Shown piece by piece: positions 56,279-64,000 of a stretch of DNA of 64,000 nt. The notes under the pieces were generated by a model. That model was given only the letters and a program-made list of their open reading frames with translations, did no database searches and had not been told where the DNA came from. The translations under genes and the position numbers were made by a program. Source of the stretch: the human T2T-CHM13v2.0 reference genome, Homo sapiens; assembly GCF_009914755.1 (NCBI RefSeq), contig NC_060927.1; one strand, given 5' to 3'. Positions within the stretch are counted from its first letter, which is position 1. Each line of letters opens with the position of its first letter.

Positions 56279-56678
56279 CTGTATCAAGATCCCCAAGACC
56301 ACCTCCACATTCAGAGATTTGCTAGACTTAGCATATAGTGATACTCACAGCTAAGGTTTATTACAGCAGTGAAAATGCAGTAACTTATTTGTGACATTTC
56401 TGCCCAGGAAAGCCCATTAGAGACTCAGCACCCAAGATTTTTACTGGGAGCTGGTCACATAGACACTCGATGCTTAATACATAATGAAGTTTTCTAAAGG
56501 AAAGCAAATGTTCAGCATAAATCATATTATTTGCACAATATAGGCACAGTGGACTACCCCCATCAGTTTACTATTGCCTGGGAGCCAGGTTCCCGGATGC
56601 CAGCCAAGGGCCAACCCTGCAAACAGACCCTTCTGAAAATAGCACCTTTGGACTGCAATGGCAGCCCTTTTTTGCACA
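56279..56678 (-). mobile_element. MER21-like LTR fragment
   Basis: CCCCAAGACCACCTCCAC, CCCAGGAAAGCCCATTAGAGACTCAG, GATGCCAGCCAAGGGCCAACC; family recalled. Confidence 0.6.
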
Positions 56679-58506
56679 AATGTTAACCCACTTTTGTAGG
56701 GTGAGTTACAGTCTTCCAGTCTGAACTTCCATACACGGAAGCTGATTCTCATAGTACTCGTATAAGAGAAATGACAAATGAGTTCAGAGAGAGTAAGTGA
56801 CTACCCCAGGGTTACAAAGCTAAAAATGCCAGCTCAGGTCTGTCCAACCTGTGAATCTTTGCTCATTTTACTTCATGCAGCCTATGGAAGCCAGCTTTGG
56901 AGGGCTGCTCTTGGGGAGTCCAAGAACTATCCATGTTCATTTTTCTGGTCAGTTTTTTTTCCAGCCCATTCCTGTCCCCTACTCTGGTCCCCCAAGTCGT
57001 CTCTCCTGGTTCTGCTCATCTTCTCTCACCAGCCTGAGTTGTCCCATGGAATTGGCCCATCCTTTAAGTCACTGTGGATGATGGTGACCTTGTTCAAGCC
57101 CCCAACTTATCTTTTCCTTTGTTCTTGGAGGAAGCAGAATGCCTCTGGTGGCCTTGATCTGCCTAATTCAATGCAGTAAGCAGTCACTGAGGAGCAGACA
57201 ATGTGTGAGGAACTGTAATTTGCTTTCTTTTTCATCTCCTTCATTACCTTCTACCTCATTCATTTTAGGCAGACCAAAGACATTCAGCCCAACCACACCA
57301 AAGAGAGGGTGTTGCCCTCAGATGCTTGGTATAGGGGATACGTTTCATTGTGGCTCTGTGTCTAAATATGACTCCAAGTTAGCCTGCTGCTCTTATCCCT
57401 TTCTTGTCCCAGCTGTAAAGGATGAGTGACTCTAGTGTGAGAGGATTCTTTGAGTTGCCTCTTCCCAAGATCTGGCTTCTAGAAGTAGCCTATCTTTCCT
57501 GGCTTAGAGTGGCTGCCTGCTGGTCTCTTTTCCTCCTCTGTGGGTCTCAAAAGGATCCCCACAGGCCCAAGAGCTCCAGTATCTAGGTAGTTCTCCTGAA
57601 TTGATTTCTCAAGATGGACAGTCTCAAAGTGGCACACTTTACCTTCTTTAAGTGGCTCAGCTAATGTAATCAGCCGGGCAAGTAGAATCACCATGAGAGA
57701 GTCACAAAACCCCATTTCCTACAGAGATGGGAGAGGTTACCAAGCACTGATCGCTGCCACCTGTATCAGAACCTCAATTGAGTCTTCAAGGAGCATAATT
57801 ATTTTAATTGCATAAACAAGTGTGTCCTTTTATTCTGAATCAGTGAATAGGAATGGCTTCTGGACACCCGTGGATGTGCCCAGCAATAAGGGTGCCACAC
57901 ACCCACTCCCACCTGGACTCCAGGCATAGGGCCTCTGCTGGAGAGCTCAAGGCATTTGCCTATCCACAGGCTGAAACATAGTTGCTGCCCAGTGGAAGGA
58001 AATAAATTGGTGGTGATGGTGGTGGTGATGGTGGTGAGGGTTTCTTCTGCTGCTCTGAGTCTAGTTTGATTTAACTTCTTGTTAGCAACTTCCAGTTTTA
58101 ATTAAATTGCCAGGGGTAGAGAGGTCTCAGAAAACTAATTGATTTTCTGCCAACCCATTTCACTTGGTTTTGTCTACTTGGGATGATAATACATGGAGCC
58201 AAGATAGACACTGTCGCCACCTCCATAATTTACCCTGTTTCTTGGGAATGACGAAAAATCTTTGATATAGCCCTCACAGCCCTTTGGAAAGACTGCTGCA
58301 CTGACCCTGAGCCCTGTTCCAGAGATGCCTGGCAGCACTGTCACTAAACTGGGAGCAAAATCTGACCTTTTCATGTCTTTGGTTTGCTGGTTGTAGCTGA
58401 GAGTAGGCTATTTTAAATGAGAATTTGGAAACTTTAGGAAAAGGTGGTTTCTATCTAAAGCCCAAAGGAAGGGAAGATTTTAGTGAGCTGGTGTGTCACC
58501 CTGCGC

Positions 58507-58524
58507 TGCCACTAGGCGGCGAGC
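58507..58524 (+). promoter_or_regulatory. Candidate CTCF binding site
   Basis: TGCCACTAGGCGGCGAGC closely matches the CTCF core CCASYAGRKGGCR (one mismatch); CpGs locally retained. Confidence 0.55.
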
Positions 58525-60597
58525 CATCAAGTTGCTTCTCAGTTCTCCGACCATTGTGTTGATGGGTTTAGGACTGTGGTTTAACCTCTTAGAGAGGCTT
58601 GGGTTTTTAACTAGGGGAGTTTAGGAGAACATTTTTCATTCATAAATGTTTCAGAATACTCCGCACTTGTCACTTCCCTTTGGGATCTTAACTATTTTTC
58701 AATGTGAACACTTGTATTTTTCACTAAAATTGAACCAGAATCTTCAAGCCTGCATTGGTGGTTGGAGTCACTATATCTGGGTTCCTTGCCTGCTTAGTGC
58801 TGCTAAAGGGGACACTGTTCCTGGCTGAGGGGCTGGGGGTGGGTACAAAGCAGAGAGGCAACCTGCAGAAGCCTTTTGAGGCTAATTGTAATCAAAGTCT
58901 CCCAAGCTGATGAGATAACTCTCGCAGACACTTCAAACAAAGGCTTGTGATGAAAACCTCAGAATATACTTACTATTGGTCTGGTACCCATTTACAGGGA
59001 GGCTTCTACAGGCTCAGACATGAGCACATGTACACTCAGAGGAATCAGCCTTAGGGCCTGTGTTGGGGCTAGATGACTACTGGAGGGGTAAGGCCCAGGT
59101 CAGCCCTGCCTAGGTACCCACTAGATCACTTTTTCTGCTGTGGGCCTGGCCTGACCTGGACGTAAGACTTCATAGATTTGTAGGCTAGATTGATTGCCAG
59201 GCAAGCAACAGTGGGCCCAGTGTCTAGAGTCCCTTTCCAGGTAGGCATGGCCTTGATCTCAGCCTACCCCAGTTAAACCAGAGATGTTCCAAGCAGGAGG
59301 GTAGAGGTGATGAGTCAGAAGGGGTGGAGAGCTGGGAGGGGTAGCATTCCCAGGATCTTAATTAGTTTATCCAGCTCAGTAAACAATTTCCCACAACTCT
59401 GGAAGAGGGACTGGTCATGCTTTATGAAGGGTCAGAATTGGTTTTGGTAAATGCAGAAAGCATTTGGTTTTATGCCCAAAAGACCAAGTGTGTACACCCC
59501 CCACTGAAGGAGTAGATTGTGATGCATATGAGCAGGCAGCTACAATTACCAGCCTGTGTTTTCTTTCTCTCTCTAACAGAGCAGAGCAGCTTTTTATTTA
59601 GGGCTTCCTTGGTCAACATTCCTTGACTCCAACATTTGTTGTCTAGTGATAAGTTCCAAGACCAAAGCATACATTCATTTCCCTGAGGCAAAAGGTAAAA
59701 CCAAGGAAAGTGAACCTGACTAATGTTAGACTATAAACCAAGCTTGCCAAATTACAGATTCAAGGAGAGTACAGGGAAGCATAGAAGATAAGGGCCAGGC
59801 TGCCTGGGTTAGAATTTTAGCTTACCAGGCACAGTCATCATGTGGCCTTGGACAAATTACATAACCTCTCTGTGACTCAGTTTTCTTGTTTCTAGAATGG
59901 AATCCATACCTCCTAGGGTTGTTGTGAACATTAAATGAGTTAATACACCTAAAGTACTAAGAGTGGTGTCTAGCTCATGCTAAACATTAAAAAAAAAAAA
60001 AAAAAGATAAGGTCTCCCTTCTTGTAAAATGAGAGAGTTAGACCATCTGGGGTTTCACAGTGTCATCCCACAGGTCAGATCCCACCTGGGAGATTTTTGT
60101 TTCATGTAGGGATTTTTTTTTTTTTTAAGGTGGACCTTAAATCAGGGCTAGAAAGTTTGCCACAGCTTCCATCATTCTCTATTAGTTATATGTGGCCCTT
60201 TGTTCAGATACATGTAGTAACCTTGCTGACCCCTATAGCCATTTGGGTTTTTATCCTCTGGAGATGGTCTCTAAGGCCTTTTCCAGGTCTACATTTCTGT
60301 CTAAATTTGTCAGAAAGAGTCCTTGGGCTGTGAGTGCCCAGTAGTGAAGTGGAATCCTCATTTCTCTATTCCAGCCTTTGTCTTCACACATCAGCAGAAT
60401 ATGGGGTCTGTGGCTTTCTTATGTTGCTTAAAGCATTGTACCCCATCCCCCACCCTGAACAATTGCTTTCCGTTTTCCTAGCCTCCTCCCCAGAGTCACT
60501 GCACAGCTATGGCACCATCCAGTTACAGGAGAGTTCCTTGGGCTCATGAGTCTCTAAACCTTCCTCTCTGTCTGACTGCTGGCTATGGTGGAAGAAT

Positions 60598-60600
<3 letters not shown>

Positions 60601-60648
<48 letters not shown>
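60601..60648. repeat. (TG)24 microsatellite
   Basis: Counted directly. Confidence 0.95.
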
Positions 60649-60652
<4 letters not shown>

Positions 60653-60721
60653 AAGCCATTTAAAAATAGGTAAAAATTTCCACTTTAACCCAGTGTCAAA
60701 AAAAAACCAGTGGGGCATGGG

Positions 60722-61025
60722 TTTGTTGTTGTTGTTGTTATTTTGAGACGGAGTTTCACTCTTGTTGACCAGGCTGGAGTGCAGTGGTGCGATCTCAGCT
60801 CACTGCAACCTCTGCCTCAGGTTCAAGTGATTCTTGTGCCTCAGCCTCCTAAGTAGCTGGGATTACAGGCATGTGCCACCACGCCCAGATAATTTTTGTA
60901 TTATTAGTAGAGACGGGGTTTCTACATGTTGGTCAGGCTGGTCTCGAACCCCCGACCTCAGGTGATCCACCCACCTTGGCCTCCGAAAGTGCTGGGATTG
61001 CAGGCGTGAGCCACCACGCCTGGCC
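60722..61025 (-). mobile_element. Alu SINE (AluS-like)
   Basis: Reverse Alu with (TTG)n tail; TSD GGGGCATG. Confidence 0.93.
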
Positions 61026-62829
61026 AGGGGCATGCATGGTTTTATAGGTAAATTAATTTAGACAGTTGGACCTGGGAAGCTCTATAAATCATCTCCCAAG
61101 GCTGTAGAAGAGTTAGTGCATTAATCCCAAAGAAATTAGTCACACCCAGGAGGATGTGCCCACTACATTCAGGGAAAGGTAAACATTTTGAGTGTAAGCA
61201 TCTCTGGCTGGATTTGTGTACACAGAAATCTCTGTAGATGTATTTTTAAGCACTTAAGACCTGGGACTTAATATTGATTGCTTAGTGTTTAAATTAGAAA
61301 CAGGTTGTGTTTTGCTGGCTGTGCAAAGTAAAAACCTGGTCCCTGTTGACTTGATTATTTCACCATAAATGAGCTGCTTTTCTTGGCTCAGTGCCTGAGT
61401 CCAGCAAAGGCAGGGAACAGCGAGGTTGCTATGGCAGTAATGAAGTCTCTCTTGGGGACTTTAAAGGGGATTCTGCTGGCTCACAGTGGTAAAGGAGGAG
61501 TACATAATTAGAGAGGCAAAATTTTATGTAACAACATAGTCTGATTAATTTGGGATTCATTCTTCCACCTATATTACTAAGTGAGATTTCTTTTAGTGTT
61601 ACACAAATAGGGTGGGCACTGCCATGGGCGTTCACACAGGTTTTGCTTTGCCTGGAATCTTCCTGCCTCTCTGGCCTGACCAGCTCTGCTCATCCCAGGT
61701 TTGAGGTCGCCTTTAAACCTGAATGCTAATTGACACTCCTGTGCCCCTACTCCCGCTTCTACCTCACTGTTTGCTCCCTATGGTGAAACTCCCCTACCTC
61801 ACTGGAACTGCTGGCTTTGGGTCTGCATCCACCTCACTTAGTCTCTAGGTCTCTGGTAGCTGGTGCAGGGCTGGGTGCCTTCCAGATGGGCAAGGGGTCA
61901 GAAGGCTTTAATATGTGATTTTATAGAGTCCATGCTGAAACCACTGGCTTCTTACCTTTCTAGTCCTTTACTGTTACAGTAAAATAATTACTAGAATGTT
62001 ACTTACCTCATATACATATTAAGGGTTTGTTTGTATTAAGCCAAAAACTCTCAGAAATGTCCTGTTAAACACTTCAGTGTTTTTAGGGTGGCTAATGTTG
62101 AATCCTGTTAGTTTTGTTGAGGTTATTGGGCATAAATATCAAGAAGCCAAAAAGGGAAAAAAAAAGTTTTTCTCTTGAAAAATATCAAATGAAGGAGGTA
62201 ACCTACTACTTACAAGCCAACAATCTTTCCCTTGCTTTCTTTCATTTTCCTTCTCTTCAGTACAGTGATATCTAAAGTTTCTGACAAAGCTCTGACATAC
62301 TATCATACATGTCTTTTAAGTTATTCCAGAAAGGTTATTGTACTTACATTGTGGTTTTTATATTGAGAGTATCGTAGTGTGTTCTAAAGCTGTGAAACTA
62401 GAGGTGGTGTATATGACAAAACCCCTCTGTAACCCAGACTGCTTCATTCCCTAGGCCTCTCAGTTTCCTAGGCCTGCCAGAGAAGAGTATTTATTATACT
62501 CTGAAGATAAGAGAGTTAATTATTATCGGCCGAGGTTCACATTACCATCACTCTCCTGTTTCTCTTTGACTAAAGATGGCTTCTGTTAGATGCTATTGGG
62601 AAATCCCATCACACACACTGACAAATCCAGGTCACAGTGCTGGTCTGGTTCATTACATGTGTCTGGAGTCAGGAAAAGTGGCAGATGCCATCCTTTCCTC
62701 ATCTCAGTGACTTTCTGTCGAGCAGCTGGCTCTTCCAGCATTCTACAGGGAAACTGGAATAAAGCTTTGCCTCTTTGCTTTTTGCACTTGGAAAGACTCA
62801 CCCAGTTTTTTTGTTTCTGTTTTGTATAG

Positions 62830-62995
62830 TTCAGCCAGTGCTACCCCTGAATTTGAAGGTAGAGGAGGTGATGACCTTGGCACCGAGATCGCTAACACCC
62901 TCTATCGGATATTTAACAATAAAAGCAGTGTCGACTTAAAGACCCTCTGCATTAGTCCTCGGGAGCACTGCTGGGTTCTCTATGTGGATGTGCTG
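62830..62995 (+). CDS. EXOSC7: EXOSC7 exon 4
   Basis: TTTTGTATAG|T ... CTG|GTGAGT; 166 nt encoding (C)SASATPEFEGRGGDDLGTEIANTLYRIFNNKSSVDLKTLCISPREHCWVLYVDVL. Exons 1-4 sum to 420 nt in frame. Confidence 0.97.
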
Positions 62996-63764
62996 GTGAG
63001 TATCATCGTGCTGTACTGGCCACATTCTACCTTTGTTGGAAAGACTAGTTGGCCTATTTTCCTTCCAGTGCTTTTTTCCTCTTCAGGTGGATGCTTTCAA
63101 CTTATAGGGTGGGATTAGTTGGGAAAAGATGGTCTCCTATAATAATTTTTTTAAAAATTAAATACAACATAGATGTAAGCAGCATATATATAATGCCATT
63201 CTATGATAAAATTATAGTCATATCATGATAGCACCTAAAATTGCCCATAAAAATTGTCCAGGAAGAGTAAAACAAGAGATGGTCTCTGGATGGTGCCAGA
63301 CAGAGTTCATGGGCAGAATTTAAGCAGGTTGGTACATTCTGTGTGGAAGGATGATTAGCTCTTTACATGCATTTTCATTTAAACCTTATAAACCTGTTAC
63401 AAATGGACACTGTTATATTTCCCATTTATAAGTGAGGAAACTAAGACAGACAGAGGTAAATCAACTAGCCCAAGAGGTCTCAGCTTGTGAGTAGTGCTGT
63501 TGAGTCTCAAAGCCAGGTCTGTATGATGTGAACACCTGGTTTGACTTCACTGTGCCATTGTTTCTTTTAAACACCTCAGAACGTGCCTGCCTTTAGTTTC
63601 CTGGGTGAGGCCCCAGAGGCCCTGCCTCCTCCCACACAGAGTCTACTCCCCTGGGAGTCTTTTGAGTCCAGCCCGTCATTTCTTCCCTTGTACTTTGCCT
63701 CCCAAATACTCCTCTACCCAGGTTTTGGCACTCGACAGTAACTTCTCTGTGTAGCTCTAATTAA

Positions 63765-64000
<236 letters not shown>

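Overview
Human (primate) genomic DNA, recognisable as the chr3p21.31 head-to-head gene pair ZDHHC3 / EXOSC7. ZDHHC3 (Golgi DHHC palmitoyltransferase, GODZ) is on the - strand: non-coding exon 1 at about 41675-41916, coding exons at 24858-25163 and 10895-11019, and later exons lie left of the window. EXOSC7 (RNA exosome core subunit Rrp42) is on the + strand: coding exons 1-4 at 42020-42076, 54883-54984, 55293-55387 and 62830-62995, and the rest lies right of the window. Both genes share a very compact CpG-island bidirectional promoter. The rest is intronic: an RPL12 processed pseudogene, many Alu, L1, L2, MIR and DNA-transposon relics, two solo LTRs (one an LTR12/ERV9) and microsatellites. I see no evidence for a new protein-coding system. 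The best leads are regulatory: (i) a ZDHHC3 cassette exon that is in-frame or a poison exon depending on a 4-nt tandem donor choice; (ii) uORFs in all three frames of the ZDHHC3 leader, including a 70-aa one ending on the start codon; (iii) an LTR12 promoter aimed at ZDHHC3; (iv) a candidate TDP-43-guarded poison exon in EXOSC7; (v) a retroposition target site present in three copies. Repeat family names come from recalled consensus sequences, not from a search.
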